From contig JAJNBL010000003.1 in the NCBI GenBank assembly GCA_021156175.1, positions 181,995 through 245,994 on the forward strand: DNA of 64,000 bases. Direction: 5' to 3'. The notes below the pieces were generated by a model. That model did no database searches. It was given only the letters and a program-made list of their open reading frames with translations, and was not told the DNA's origin. Shown piece by piece: positions 35,972 to 45,840 of this stretch. How positions within the stretch are numbered: position 1 is the first letter of the stretch; each line of letters begins with the position of its first letter. This DNA comes from Rickettsiales bacterium (GTDB lineage Bacteria > Pseudomonadota > Alphaproteobacteria > Rickettsiales > JAJNBL01). Position numbers and translations under genes: made by a program.

Positions 35972-36041
35972 GCGCTCTTTACCCTGATCTCTTTTCGATA
36001 CCGATAAAACTTCCTCTAGGTTGAAGTTTCTACCGCAGTTT

Positions 36042-37874
36042 TTAATGAATATCCAGCATCTTTTTATATTCCGCAATTTGTTCCTTGAGAGAAGAAACCT
36101 GCGCATAGCGCGATTCAGTCATATCCTGCGCTGCGCGCTCGACTGCCTGATGCAACTCTCCTTCCATTAACGCAAGGTTGTGAAGCATCAACGTCCGTGC
36201 CCACGCCTCCCGTACCATCTCTGACGAATCCGTATCCGGTATTGCCACAGACAATGCCACGCGCGGATCCGCCTTCATAGACTCTATATAGGTACGGAAC
36301 CCTTGTTTCTCAATAGCCTGACGTAAACCTTCTCCATCTATTTCCTCTTCTGCAACATTAGCATGCCAATCGAGGATGGCACTCCTGAGGTTTTCGAGCT
36401 CTGCTTTGGCCACTTCCAGGTGCATAAACTCATCCATCACCGCCTCATCTGCAAGCAGCATCGGGTAATGCAGGATCATCATAAACAATATTCGATGATA
36501 GCCCTCAAGCGGTGATAACTCCCCCGCACTCATGGCCTTCAAATCCGCTGACGGCGCGGCGAATCCGGCATTCGTCTTTTTCCCGTTCTGCAGTGATTTC
36601 GTATTATTGCGCGACCATTCCCAGAATTTTTCTTTAAAGAAACGACGGTAATGATGCTTCAGCGGTTCATTCTTGATGCTCTGGGCCCGCTGTTCCAAAC
36701 GCTTTTCCAGCGACGCTTTTTGCTCCGGCGTTGCCACGGGTTCGCGCGAAAGTTCGATATTCCAAATCACTTCAGAGAGCGGAACGGCATGCTTCAAATG
36801 CTCTTTAAGTGCCTCCGCCCCTTGGCTTTTAAGCACATCATCCGGGTCCATTCCCTGAGGCAGTACCGCAAATGCAAGCGAAGCTCCCGGCGCCAAATGA
36901 GGCAGCGCCAGCTCGGTAATCCGCGCCATTGCACGTTGTCCGGCGGTATCGCCATCCATACATAAAATTGGCTCCGATACCATCCGCCACAGCTGGTGCA
37001 GATGCGCCTCCGTCAATGCCGTTCCCAGCGGTGCAACGGCATACTGGATGCCCGCACGATGGAGTGCAATCACATCCATATAGCCTTCCGACACCACCAC
37101 TTTCCCTTCTTTATACGCCGCTTTGCGCGCCTCTTTTCCAGAATAGAGTACATCGCCTTTATGGAAAATCGGCGTCTCCGGTGAGTTCAAATATTTTGGC
37201 TGGCCGTCACCCAATATCCTTCCGCCAAACGCAATTACTCTGCCTGATGTATCCATAATCGGGAAAATCACCCGGCCACGAAAGCGGTCATAGGTCTCGC
37301 CTTGCTCGTTTTGGATCAACAAGCCGGCCTCCACCAGCATCTTTTCAGGCACACCTTGCTTCATCAGCGCGGTCTTAAGCCCATGACGATCGGGCGGCGA
37401 ATAGCCTAAGCGGAAATAATCAATGATTGCAGGCTTAAGTTCCCGCCGTTTTAAATATTCTTGCGCCTCTTGTCCGCGATTATTCCGCAATTGTTCTTCA
37501 AACCACTTGCAGGCGAGTTCTGTGACTTGATAAAGATCCGGGCCAGTTTTGGGTCGTCGTTCTTCGCGTAAAATAGCTTCAGGGATAGGAATGCCATATT
37601 GGTCGGCTAAATATTTTATCGCCTCCGGATAACGCAGTCCTTGGGTTTCCATCACGAATTTAACGATATCCCCATGCTCACCACAGCCAAAACAATGGTA
37701 GAATGCCTTCGGGTCGCTGACGGTAAATGACGGTGTTTTTTCGCCATGAAAGGGACATAACCCTAAAAACTCCCCTCCCCCTTTGGGACGCAGGCGGATG
37801 GTTTTCCCGATAAACTCGGAAGGGCGGATGCGCGTGCGCAATTCTTCGATGAATTGGGGTGGATACTTCAACAT
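36042..37874 (-). CDS. dnaG: DNA primase
   Basis: Zinc ribbon [30 protein letters not shown] and [15 protein letters not shown]...DGDTAGQRA. Confidence 0.95.
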   Translation of the reverse strand: MLKYPPQFIEELRTRIRPSEFIGKTIRLRPKGGGEFLGLCPFHGEKTPSFTVSDPKAFYHCFGCGEHGDIVKFVMETQGLRYPEAIKYLADQYGIPIPEAILREERRPKTGPDLYQVTELACKWFEEQLRNNRGQEAQEYLKRRELKPAIIDYFRLGYSPPDRHGLKTALMKQGVPEKMLVEAGLLIQNEQGETYDRFRGRVIFPIMDTSGRVIAFGGRILGDGQPKYLNSPETPIFHKGDVLYSGKEARKAAYKEGKVVVSEGYMDVIALHRAGIQYAVAPLGTALTEAHLHQLWRMVSEPILCMDGDTAGQRAMARITELALPHLAPGASLAFAVLPQGMDPDDVLKSQGAEALKEHLKHAVPLSEVIWNIELSREPVATPEQKASLEKRLEQRAQSIKNEPLKHHYRRFFKEKFWEWSRNNTKSLQNGKKTNAGFAAPSADLKAMSAGELSPLEGYHRILFMMILHYPMLLADEAVMDEFMHLEVAKAELENLRSAILDWHANVAEEEIDGEGLRQAIEKQGFRTYIESMKADPRVALSVAIPDTDSSEMVREAWARTLMLHNLALMEGELHQAVERAAQDMTESRYAQVSSLKEQIAEYKKMLDIH

Positions 37875-37941
37875 GCCCTAGAAGATAGGGGGAGTTCCCG
37901 CCAAAGGCAATGGGTTTTAAAAAGTACAGTTCTCTCGGCTT

Positions 37942-38013
37942 GTCATTCCCGCGTAGGCGGGAATCCATTGTCTCGAAACATTGGATCCCGGTCTCCACGG
38001 GGATGACGATCTC
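37942..38013. repeat. Family A palindromic element (two inverted half-units)
   Basis: gtcattcccgcgtaggcgggaatccattg...cattggatcccggtctccacggggatgacgatctc. It generates the spurious ORF 37678..37998 (..MDSRLRGNDK..). Confidence 0.9.
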
Positions 38014-38040
38014 TCCTGCTACTACCTCTTCCTCGAGTGG

Positions 38041-39522
38041 CTACCGTTTTGCCATCGGAACAAATTTCCGTGGTGTCGCACCGGTATAAAGCTGGCGCGG
38101 ACGACCAATTTTTTGCGTTGGATCTTCTGTCATCTCTTTCCATTGCGCAACCCACCCTGAGGTTCTCGCCACCGCAAATAGTACCGTAAAGAGTTGTGCT
38201 GGGATGCCCATCGCACGGTAAATAATACCGGAATAGAAATCCACGTTCGGGAAGAGTTTTCGGCTCACGAAATACTCATCTTCAAGCGCAATTTTCTCTA
38301 ATTCAATCGCAATACCCAAAAGCGGCTCGTTCTTCATCCCAAGCTCTTCTAATACCTCATGGCAGGAAGAACGCAGCACTGCCGCGCGCGGGTCATAATT
38401 CTTATACACACGATGCCCAAAGCCCATGAGACGGAACGGATCGTTTTTATCTTTTGCCCGCTTGATGAATTCTGGGATGCGTTTTTTATCCCCGATTTCT
38501 TTGAGCATATTAATCACCGCTTCGTTCGCTCCGCCATGCGCAGGGCCCCAAAGCGATGCGATCCCCGCACTGATACAAGCAAACGGATTCGCACCCGATG
38601 AGCCCGCTAAGCGCACGGTCGAAGTCGAAGCATTTTGTTCGTGATCTGCGTGGAGAATCAACAATTTATCCATCGCACGTGCAAGCACGGGACTGACTTT
38701 ATATGTTTCACACGGATTAGAGAACATCATGTAAAGGAAGTTCGACGCGTAATCGAGATCATTTCTTGGATACACAAACGGCTGGCCGATCGAATATTTA
38801 TACGCCATCGCCGCCAAGGTTGGCATTTTTGCAATCAGGCGGTGCGTAGCAAGCTCGCGATGTTGTTGGATACGGATATCAAGTGAATCGTGATAGAATG
38901 CCGAAAGCGATGCGCACGCCCCTGCCATAATCGCCATCGGATGCGCCGCACGCGGGAATCCTCGAAAGAGGAATTGCAGCTGCTCATGCACCATGGTGTG
39001 GCGAGTGATTTTTGTTTTAAATGTTTCAGATTCTTTTTTGTTCGGCAATTCTCCATTCAGAAGTAGGTACGCCACTTCGAGGTAATTGCTCTTTTCCGCA
39101 AGTTCTTCAATCGCATAGCCGCGATGGCGAAGAATTCCCTCATCCCCATCAATATAGGTGATTTTTGATTCACAGGCAGCGGTCGACATAAATCCGGGAT
39201 CATACGTAAATAATCCGGTTTCGTTATACAGCGCCGTTACATCGAGTACATTCGGGCCTTCGGTGCTTTTTAAAACAGGAAGCTTCAGACTCGTGCCATC
39301 CATGCAGACTTCCGCAATACATCCCGTTTCTTTACTCGTCTCTTTAGAGGATGCAGGCTTAATTGATTTTGTCGCCGCAGATTTCGTAGCCGGAGCTTTT
39401 TTTGCTGGTGCTGCCGCTTTCGGAGCGCCTGTTTTCACGCCCTTGGAAACCGTCGCCTTACGCGTTGTTGTATTTTTCTTAGAGGAACCAGACTTCGGAG
39501 GCTTAGAGGAACGTGATACCAT
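38041..39522 (-). CDS. gltA: Citrate synthase, possibly with a Lys/Ala/Pro-rich N-terminal extension of about 70 aa
   Basis: [58 protein letters not shown]. The start is ambiguous. The ATG at 39522 adds [44 protein letters not shown].. The internal ATG at 39303 ([11 protein letters not shown]), preceded by GGAAG, would give a canonical-length protein. Confidence 0.9.
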   Translation of the reverse strand: MVSRSSKPPKSGSSKKNTTTRKATVSKGVKTGAPKAAAPAKKAPATKSAATKSIKPASSKETSKETGCIAEVCMDGTSLKLPVLKSTEGPNVLDVTALYNETGLFTYDPGFMSTAACESKITYIDGDEGILRHRGYAIEELAEKSNYLEVAYLLLNGELPNKKESETFKTKITRHTMVHEQLQFLFRGFPRAAHPMAIMAGACASLSAFYHDSLDIRIQQHRELATHRLIAKMPTLAAMAYKYSIGQPFVYPRNDLDYASNFLYMMFSNPCETYKVSPVLARAMDKLLILHADHEQNASTSTVRLAGSSGANPFACISAGIASLWGPAHGGANEAVINMLKEIGDKKRIPEFIKRAKDKNDPFRLMGFGHRVYKNYDPRAAVLRSSCHEVLEELGMKNEPLLGIAIELEKIALEDEYFVSRKLFPNVDFYSGIIYRAMGIPAQLFTVLFAVARTSGWVAQWKEMTEDPTQKIGRPRQLYTGATPRKFVPMAKR

Positions 39523-39685
39523 AGGGGTGTTTATACCTGCTCTTACGTTAAGTCGTGGACAGCAGAAAGAAGTTCTATCATAGATTATAGAGAAGGTGCA
39601 ATAGCGGATCGTGAGTGTACCGTTGCATAGCAAGGAAAAAAGCATAGAATGGCTTTTTATCTTTTCAAAAAGGGACAACTTTTTC

Positions 39686-40198
39686 GTGAAACGACTCTAC
39701 ATCATGCGGCACGCCAAGGCGGTGAAAGATCATCCAAATGGGGATCATGACCGTACCTTGCATAGTATCGGAAGAACAGCGGCACTTAATGTTGGACGCC
39801 ATATGCAGACCTACAAGATGCTGCCCAAAGCGCTTTATGCTTCCAGCGCCACCCGCACCCAAGAAACTGCAAAAATTGTTGCCTCAGCACTGAATGAGAA
39901 AATCACCATTCAGGAATCCCGCAAGCTCTATTTAGCAAGCGCTGGCGAGCTTCTTCATTTTGTTAATACACTGGACGATACCATAGATTCCGCTATGATC
40001 GTTGCCCATAATCCGGGGGTGCATCAGTTGGGAATGCTTATCGCAGGAAGCGGAAATAGCAAAGCATTTGAGACTTTGCAGCAAGGGATGCTAACGGGCA
40101 CACTGCTGGTGTTTGATGTTCCCGTGGATCACTGGGAAAGGGTTGTGCCAGCAAGTGCGATATTGCAGGCAGTGATCGCACCGAAAGAATTGGAATGA
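39686..40198 (+). CDS. sixA: SixA-type phosphohistidine phosphatase (histidine phosphatase superfamily)
   Basis: [12 protein letters not shown]...DHDRTL..IGR...[10 protein letters not shown]...VAHNPG. The start is taken as the GTG at 39686, with an alternative ATG at 39704. The track start at 39611 is probably too long. Confidence 0.7.
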   Translation: MKRLYIMRHAKAVKDHPNGDHDRTLHSIGRTAALNVGRHMQTYKMLPKALYASSATRTQETAKIVASALNEKITIQESRKLYLASAGELLHFVNTLDDTIDSAMIVAHNPGVHQLGMLIAGSGNSKAFETLQQGMLTGTLLVFDVPVDHWERVVPASAILQAVIAPKELE

Positions 40199-40204
40199 TT
40201 AGAA

Positions 40205-40306
40205 GAGGTCGTCATTGCGAGGAGCGAAGCGACGTGGCAATCCAGAAAGTTAGTATTTAAAAAAAACTGGATTGTTTCGCTACCGCTCGCAATGACAAGG
40301 ATGGTT
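40205..40306. repeat. Family B palindromic element
   Basis: gaggtcgtcattgcgaggagcgaagcgacgtggcaatccag....ctggattgtttcgctaccgctcgcaatgacaaggatggtt. It sits between sixA and ispH. Confidence 0.85.
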
Positions 40307-40312
40307 ATTTAA

Positions 40313-41257
40313 ATGAAACTTGATATCATCTTAGCAAACCCAAGGGGATTTTGCGCAGGCGTTGAGCGGGCAATTGAGATTGTCGAACGCGCACTGGTTC
40401 GCTTTGGCGCGCCGATTTATGTCCGACATGAGATCGTGCATAATAAATATGTCGTGGAAAGCTTGAAGGCCAAGGGCGTCGTGTTTGTGGATGACATCTC
40501 CGATATCCCCGATGGCGGGATTACGATTTTCAGCGCGCATGGTGTCTCTGAGAAAGTTGAGAGCGAAGCAAAACTCCGTAGCCTCCCTACGATTGATGCC
40601 ACCTGCCCGCTCGTCACCAAAGTGCATAAAGAAGCGCAACGTAACGAAGCGGAAGGCCGCCAAATTATTTTGATCGGTCATAAAGGCCATGCGGAAGTCG
40701 AGGGCACTTCCGGACGCGTGCAACAGGATGTTCTGCTTGTTCAACATAAAGAAGATGTTGCCGGACTCACCGTGGGTGATCCTAATAGACTTTCGTATGT
40801 CACGCAAACTACGCTGAGTGTTGAAGATACCAAGGAGATTATTGCAGCCTTGAAAGCGCGCTTCCCGAGCATTCAGGGACCCGATGTACGCGATATTTGT
40901 TATGCGACCACCAACCGGCAAAGCGCGGTGAAGGAGTTAGCAAAAACGACCGATATGATTCTCGTGATTGGCGCGAGCAACAGTTCGAATTCAAACCGCT
41001 TGCGCGATTTGGCAGAAGCGGAAGGCGTCACTTCTTACCTCATCGATGACGCAAGCAATATTGACCCAAGCTGGTTTAATGATAAAACCAACAAGCGGAT
41101 TGGCTTGACTGCGGGAGCTTCCGCACCGGATATTTTGGTGGATCAAGTTATTCAACGCTTGCGCGAGTTGGCCGATACTGTCAATGTAACGACGATGGAT
41201 GGCGCGCCAGAGAACGTAAAATTTAAACTTCCCAAAGAAATACAAGATCTCGCATAA
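40313..41257 (+). CDS. ispH: 4-hydroxy-3-methylbut-2-enyl diphosphate reductase
   Basis: RGFCAGVERAIEIVE...IVHNKYVV...FSAHGVS...DATCPLVTKVH...IGHKGHAEVEG...TTLS...IC.AT.NRQ. Confidence 0.95.
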   Translation: MKLDIILANPRGFCAGVERAIEIVERALVRFGAPIYVRHEIVHNKYVVESLKAKGVVFVDDISDIPDGGITIFSAHGVSEKVESEAKLRSLPTIDATCPLVTKVHKEAQRNEAEGRQIILIGHKGHAEVEGTSGRVQQDVLLVQHKEDVAGLTVGDPNRLSYVTQTTLSVEDTKEIIAALKARFPSIQGPDVRDICYATTNRQSAVKELAKTTDMILVIGASNSSNSNRLRDLAEAEGVTSYLIDDASNIDPSWFNDKTNKRIGLTAGASAPDILVDQVIQRLRELADTVNVTTMDGAPENVKFKLPKEIQDLA

Positions 41258-41267
41258 GGTAAATAAG

Positions 41268-41891
41268 ATGACAGAACACGCGGTATGTAAACCTTCCATG
41301 GAATCCGAAGATATTCTTCAAGAATTTAAAGATGCCGGCGCTATTTTATTTGGCCATTTTATTCTCTCCTCCGGACTTCATAGCGATACCTACCTTCAAT
41401 GCGCGCGCGTATTAATGGATGCAAAACGTGCGGAGCGCCTATGCAGTTTGCTCGCTGAGAAAGTGGAGCAAGAATTCGGGAAAGATGCCTTTGATTGGGT
41501 CATTTCCCCTGCCATGGGCGGAGTGGTCGTTGGTTATGAAATGGGACGGCAACTTGGGATTCCCGCAATCTTTTGCGAACGCGTGGATGGCGAATTTGCG
41601 TTCCGCCGCGGTTTTGCCATTGAAAAAGGCGATCGTGTATTGGTTGTTGAAGATGTTGTAACCACCGGAAAGTCTTCCAAAGAATCTTTCGCCTGTATTG
41701 AACATCATGGCGGAAAAATTATTGGCGAAGCCTGCCTCATTGACCGCAGCAACGGCACTTCCGATTTAGGCGTACCGCTCGTGGCACTTGCAACTCTGGA
41801 AGTAAAAACCTACCCAGAAGATAAACTTCCACCCGAACTCGCTGCAACTCCAGGCATTAAACCTGGAAGCCGCTGGCTTGCGAAGAAGTAA
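41268..41891 (+). CDS. pyrE: Orotate phosphoribosyltransferase
   Basis: GHFILSSGLHSDTYLQC and the PRPP loop VLVVEDVVTTGKS. The start could instead be the internal ATG at 41298. Confidence 0.85.
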   Translation: MTEHAVCKPSMESEDILQEFKDAGAILFGHFILSSGLHSDTYLQCARVLMDAKRAERLCSLLAEKVEQEFGKDAFDWVISPAMGGVVVGYEMGRQLGIPAIFCERVDGEFAFRRGFAIEKGDRVLVVEDVVTTGKSSKESFACIEHHGGKIIGEACLIDRSNGTSDLGVPLVALATLEVKTYPEDKLPPELAATPGIKPGSRWLAKK

Positions 41892-41900
41892 CGGATCCCG

Positions 41901-42365
41901 ATGTCTAAAGCTAAGCCTTTCATTATTGAAGATTATGTGGAAACGTTTGCCCTTAAGCCCCTAACGGCCGCAATCCACGCTTATCTCCTGCAACAGCACC
42001 CGGATATGGAAAAAATCTTCCATCAGGCCTGCGCGGTGAAGGACCATCAGTCCAATACCCAGCCTCCTTTGGCGCATTTATGCCTGACATTTCATGTGTT
42101 CCCACCCTGCTCAACCCGGATTCAAACCCCCTATCCTATTGAAGGCTCTATATTCTCTGGACTTGAGGCCGGACAGAAAATGTGCGCCTTTATTGATCTC
42201 TTTTGCCAAACCTTCAGCCTCCCGAATATAAAGCCCTTTAGTGACGTCGTAAGGGACTATGAAAATCCTTACCGCACACGCCTCCGCCTTGTCATCCCTT
42301 CTGCCCATGTGGATGATTATCTCAAGTCTATGAACCTCGATCCATCTCAGGATTGGTCCAAGTAG
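41901..42365 (+). CDS. Hypothetical protein (154 aa)
   Basis: Intact ORF 9 bp after pyrE. No family recognised. Confidence 0.45.
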   Translation: MSKAKPFIIEDYVETFALKPLTAAIHAYLLQQHPDMEKIFHQACAVKDHQSNTQPPLAHLCLTFHVFPPCSTRIQTPYPIEGSIFSGLEAGQKMCAFIDLFCQTFSLPNIKPFSDVVRDYENPYRTRLRLVIPSAHVDDYLKSMNLDPSQDWSK

Positions 42366-42524
42366 AAACAACTCCAACTTCTCCTTGCAACCCCACTCAA
42401 AAACAACACCAATTCTTGCGTTACTTAACCTATTATTAAGAAATTTCCCTTGCAAAGACATGGTTAAAATGTTATAACCTTCTAAGCTTAATTAACATAT
42501 TATTAACAAAACAAGGGAACGACC

Positions 42525-43715
42525 ATGACTGATAACACAATTTTTCCAATCATTGAACCAAAAGACATTTTTAATTTTCCGAAAATCCAAGAGCAACTTG
42601 AAATGTTTTGGACGACAACCTTCACTGTAACGCCAGAGCAAGAGAGCACTCCAGAGCCACTTACTCTCAATGTTGAGACTATAGATTTAACAGGTAGCCC
42701 AATAGTAACAGGCAGTAATGCGCCTTACTCAATAGCTTATCCTACTGAGCCAGCACCAACCGCTATTAATTTCAGCATCCCAGATCCTGATGCAACTCCG
42801 ACTCCTATTAATACCTATCATACCGCAGAAACCATCGCTGCTCCTAGCGAGGAAGGGTATGTACCTAATGCAGATAACAGCGGGTTTATCAAAATTCCAC
42901 AAGAGCAACCGACCACTCCAGATACCACTACTCCAGAATTTACTTTTACTACCGAAACTTTCACTGTTACTGAGCATGGTTTGCCTGTGATTGCAATTCC
43001 TACCGTAACATCTAACGATGCAGACGGTTCAAATTTTGAGATTACGGGTTCTAACAGTTCCAATACTCTCAGCGGTACATCAGGCAATGATGATATCTTT
43101 GGTGAAGGTGGTAACGATACCATTTATGGAGATACTGGTAAGGATTATATCGTAGCCGGTACGGGCAATGACTTCGTGAATGGTAACCAAGGTAATGATT
43201 TCATCAACGGCGAAGATGGAAATGACACCCTCCGCGGTGGTAAAGACAATGATCTTATTCTCGGCGGGAATGGTGCTGATAAACTGTATGGTGACCGTGC
43301 GAATGATTCCATTGATGGTAATGATGGAAACGACTATATCCGCGGCGGTAAAGGCAACGATATTGTCTCCGGTGGCGCTGGCAGTGATTACATTGCAGGT
43401 GATCGTGGAAATGATACCTTGTTGGGTGATCTCGCAATTACTGACGAAGCTAACCCTGCAAGCCGCGACATCTTTGCATTTGATATCGACAGCGGCCAGG
43501 ACATTATTATTGATTTCCAAGGTGCTGGCGTAGAAGGTGGGGATATCCTTGAATTTTCCTCTGCTCTGGGACTAAGCGTTACGGATGTCTTGAGTGCAGC
43601 ACACGGAACCGTTGAAAGCGGTGGTAGTGATACGATTATTGATCTCGGTGATGGCAATAGCATTATCCTGCTTGGGGTAAGCAGCCTTTCTGCCGATGAT
43701 ATTACCATCGCGTAA
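42525..43715 (+). CDS. RTX (hemolysin-type calcium-binding repeat) protein with a Thr/Pro-rich N-terminus
   Basis: It has at least 10 nonapeptide GGxGxDxUx-type repeats (GGNDTIYGDTGKDYIVAGTGNDFVNGNQGNDFINGEDGNDTLRGGKDND..). The C-terminal domain is shared with 43877..44563 and ends LSADDITIA. Confidence 0.85.
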   Translation: MTDNTIFPIIEPKDIFNFPKIQEQLEMFWTTTFTVTPEQESTPEPLTLNVETIDLTGSPIVTGSNAPYSIAYPTEPAPTAINFSIPDPDATPTPINTYHTAETIAAPSEEGYVPNADNSGFIKIPQEQPTTPDTTTPEFTFTTETFTVTEHGLPVIAIPTVTSNDADGSNFEITGSNSSNTLSGTSGNDDIFGEGGNDTIYGDTGKDYIVAGTGNDFVNGNQGNDFINGEDGNDTLRGGKDNDLILGGNGADKLYGDRANDSIDGNDGNDYIRGGKGNDIVSGGAGSDYIAGDRGNDTLLGDLAITDEANPASRDIFAFDIDSGQDIIIDFQGAGVEGGDILEFSSALGLSVTDVLSAAHGTVESGGSDTIIDLGDGNSIILLGVSSLSADDITIA

Positions 43716-43742
43716 GGCGTAACATCTACTTACAGTATTACA

Positions 43743-43774
43743 AAAGCCAAGGGGATTAAACCCTTTGGCTTTTT
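43743..43774 (+). terminator. Rho-independent terminator
   Basis: aaagccaagggg-attaaa-ccctttggcttttt. Confidence 0.7.
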
Positions 43775-43876
43775 GCATTTCGTTAACGCATTTACCTTGC
43801 AGAAATAGCGGTATTATGCTAATACAACCACAACGATTATTAATATCGCAACAACAGTATAAAAGGGATTTCAAAC

Positions 43877-44563
43877 ATGGCAGTAAATCTTATCGGTTCA
43901 GATAATGCAAACCTTATCCAGGGCTTTGAAAGTGATGATACAATCAATGTACTAGGCGGTAACGACACCGTTTATGGTGCAGGTGGAAATGATACTATTG
44001 ATGCGGGTGCAGGCGATGATTTCGTTAATGGGAATCAAGGCAATGATATCATTGATGGCTTAGCCGGGAATGACACCCTCCGTGGTGGTAAAGGTATCGA
44101 CGGAGTAATCGGCGGCGATGGCAATGACTTTCTCTATGGTGATTTCGACAGCGATGTTGTCTACGGCGGCACAGGCAACGATTACCTGCGTGGCGGTAAA
44201 GGTGATGACCTCGTATGGGGCGGCGATGGTAATGATTATATCGCTGGTGATCTTGGGAATGACGTTCTATGGGGTGACGACAGTATGTTAGGTTTCGCTT
44301 TTAGCAGTGGCGCTGATACTTTTGCCATTGGTGCTAACACCGGCCAAGATACCATTATGGACTTCCAAGGCGCGGGCGTTGCAGGCGGGGATATCCTCCA
44401 AATTTCCTCTGCGGTGAAAGCAAATGCTGCTGCAGTTCTGAGCTCTACTCATACCGTTGTAGAAGGCGGTGTAACCAGCCTGGTAGTTGATCTTGGCGGC
44501 GGAAACACTGTTACCCTCCTAGGTGTTGCTAGCCTTTCTGCCGATGATATTTCCATCGCATAA
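43877..44563 (+). CDS. RTX calcium-binding repeat protein (228 aa), paralog of 42525..43715
   Basis: GGNDTVYGAGGNDTIDAGAGDDFVNGNQGNDIIDGLAGNDTLRGGKGID.. The C-terminus MDFQGAGVAGGDILQISS...LLGVASLSADDISIA parallels its neighbour. Confidence 0.85.
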   Translation: MAVNLIGSDNANLIQGFESDDTINVLGGNDTVYGAGGNDTIDAGAGDDFVNGNQGNDIIDGLAGNDTLRGGKGIDGVIGGDGNDFLYGDFDSDVVYGGTGNDYLRGGKGDDLVWGGDGNDYIAGDLGNDVLWGDDSMLGFAFSSGADTFAIGANTGQDTIMDFQGAGVAGGDILQISSAVKANAAAVLSSTHTVVEGGVTSLVVDLGGGNTVTLLGVASLSADDISIA

Positions 44564-44592
44564 GGTTACTAAATTTATAATCTTATTTGCAG

Positions 44593-44630
44593 GAAAGCCA
44601 GAGGTGTGATAATCTCTGGCTTTCTTTTTT
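44593..44630 (+). terminator. Rho-independent terminator
   Basis: gaaagccagag-gtgtgataat-ctctggctttctttttt. Confidence 0.7.
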
Positions 44631-44654
44631 AACTCTGAGTGATAGGGAGCCGTC

Positions 44655-45836
44655 ATGAGCAAAAACTCTACCAGCATTATTCCATCACAAACAGGCGCAC
44701 AGAAGAATCATCAACTTGCTGATCCAGCTCTAAATCTTGCTGCTGGAACTCTTCAGTTGGCAAGGGTCGCTCCTACATTTTATCAAATGGTTTTTGCCCC
44801 TATCCTAAAAACATTGGGTTATGATACCAAAGCAGCAAAGAATGCAGAAGAAAGAAAGGCGAAAAAAGAAACCAATCGCGAGAAGATTATTGCGCTTGCG
44901 AACGAACGGGATGCAGCTAAGGCAGTGCCAACTCCTATAGCTCAGAAAGCGCCTCCCCCTGCACCAGTAGCACCGGAACGCTTCACCTATCCGCCTTCCA
45001 AAGAAGCGCTGGCAACGATTCGGAATAAAATTCAAAATATGCTGGTGGATAACAATGATAATCCACTTCATACCTCACAATGGGCCAAAAGAAATCCAAA
45101 GCATCTACAAAAAATTGCAGATGCTTTGGAAGGAGTTGCAAAAGAGTCCGAAATAGGGCTTTCGATGTTAAGCAAATTCCTTGAAGTTGGAAACCGTATT
45201 GTCGTTATGAAGCTTGATCTCATCAAAGGGCAACAACCCTTTGGGAAGTATGTTTATGGTAAAACAGAAAAGACCCCGGACACAGTTTCTCATTACCTAC
45301 TGATCGATAGCGATGTCCAGAACATCCAACCCACTAACGTCCTTCATGAGCTTGTCCATTTTGTGCAAAGTCAGAGGCAAATTGCAGATAAAATAGGCGG
45401 GTGCAATATCGCAAAAGAAAATCCACTCACTTCTAAACCAGAAAAATCTGCCCACTATAGCCCTCAGATAGAAGAAGCTACTGACGAATGTGACGTTGCA
45501 GTAAGAGACACAAATTGGGCAGAGCTTTTAGCGTCTAATAATATCCGAGAGATATGCCGCAACGTTGTAAATCAGATTGAAGGGCTTCCTGCGGTTACAC
45601 TTAATGAGGCTATTGCTGCATGTAATGGAAGAAGCGTGGAAGATTTAAAATCATCAATGCTAACTGTAGTTAAACAAAGATATGATGATGCATTAGAAGC
45701 TTACTCTCCGGATGCTATACCAAAAGAACAAACCGCTTACCTCACACAAATTTTGGGAGGAAAAGCCCTTAAAATTGTCTGCCCGGAACTTTACAAGGAA
45801 CTGATGAAAGACGTTTGCCCAGAACGAGGAATATAA
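44655..45836 (+). CDS. Putative zincin-like (HExxH) protein, tandem paralog 1
   Basis: VLHELVHFVQSQ contains HExxH. The N-terminal about 90 aa and the C-terminal VCPELYKELMKDVCPERGI are shared with paralog 2. A GGGAG SD precedes the start. Confidence 0.7.
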   Translation: MSKNSTSIIPSQTGAQKNHQLADPALNLAAGTLQLARVAPTFYQMVFAPILKTLGYDTKAAKNAEERKAKKETNREKIIALANERDAAKAVPTPIAQKAPPPAPVAPERFTYPPSKEALATIRNKIQNMLVDNNDNPLHTSQWAKRNPKHLQKIADALEGVAKESEIGLSMLSKFLEVGNRIVVMKLDLIKGQQPFGKYVYGKTEKTPDTVSHYLLIDSDVQNIQPTNVLHELVHFVQSQRQIADKIGGCNIAKENPLTSKPEKSAHYSPQIEEATDECDVAVRDTNWAELLASNNIREICRNVVNQIEGLPAVTLNEAIAACNGRSVEDLKSSMLTVVKQRYDDALEAYSPDAIPKEQTAYLTQILGGKALKIVCPELYKELMKDVCPERGI

Positions 45837-45840
45837 GCTT

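Noticed and set aside
35409-35987. Phe/Gly-rich + strand ORFs (for example 35409..35987, 35037..35402, 34782..35021) inside rpoD
   Set aside because: These are antisense shadows of the Lys/Glu-rich rpoD repeats (AAA/GAA codons read as TTT/TTC). There is no independent evidence for them.
37678-37998. ORF of 106 aa (METGIQCFETMDSRLRGNDK...); a similar ORF at 9062..9325 (..LDSRLRGNDY..)
   Set aside because: Their N-terminal parts are translations of family A palindromic elements. The remainder is antisense to dnaG and cysQ respectively, so they are spurious.
40331-40921. 196-aa minus-strand ORF inside ispH
   Set aside because: It is antisense to an unambiguous ispH.
42525-44563. Periodic 27-bp repeats that could be mistaken for a CRISPR-like or satellite array
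   Set aside because: The periodicity is the in-frame GGxGxDxUx nonapeptide of RTX proteins. There are no unique spacers and no cas genes.
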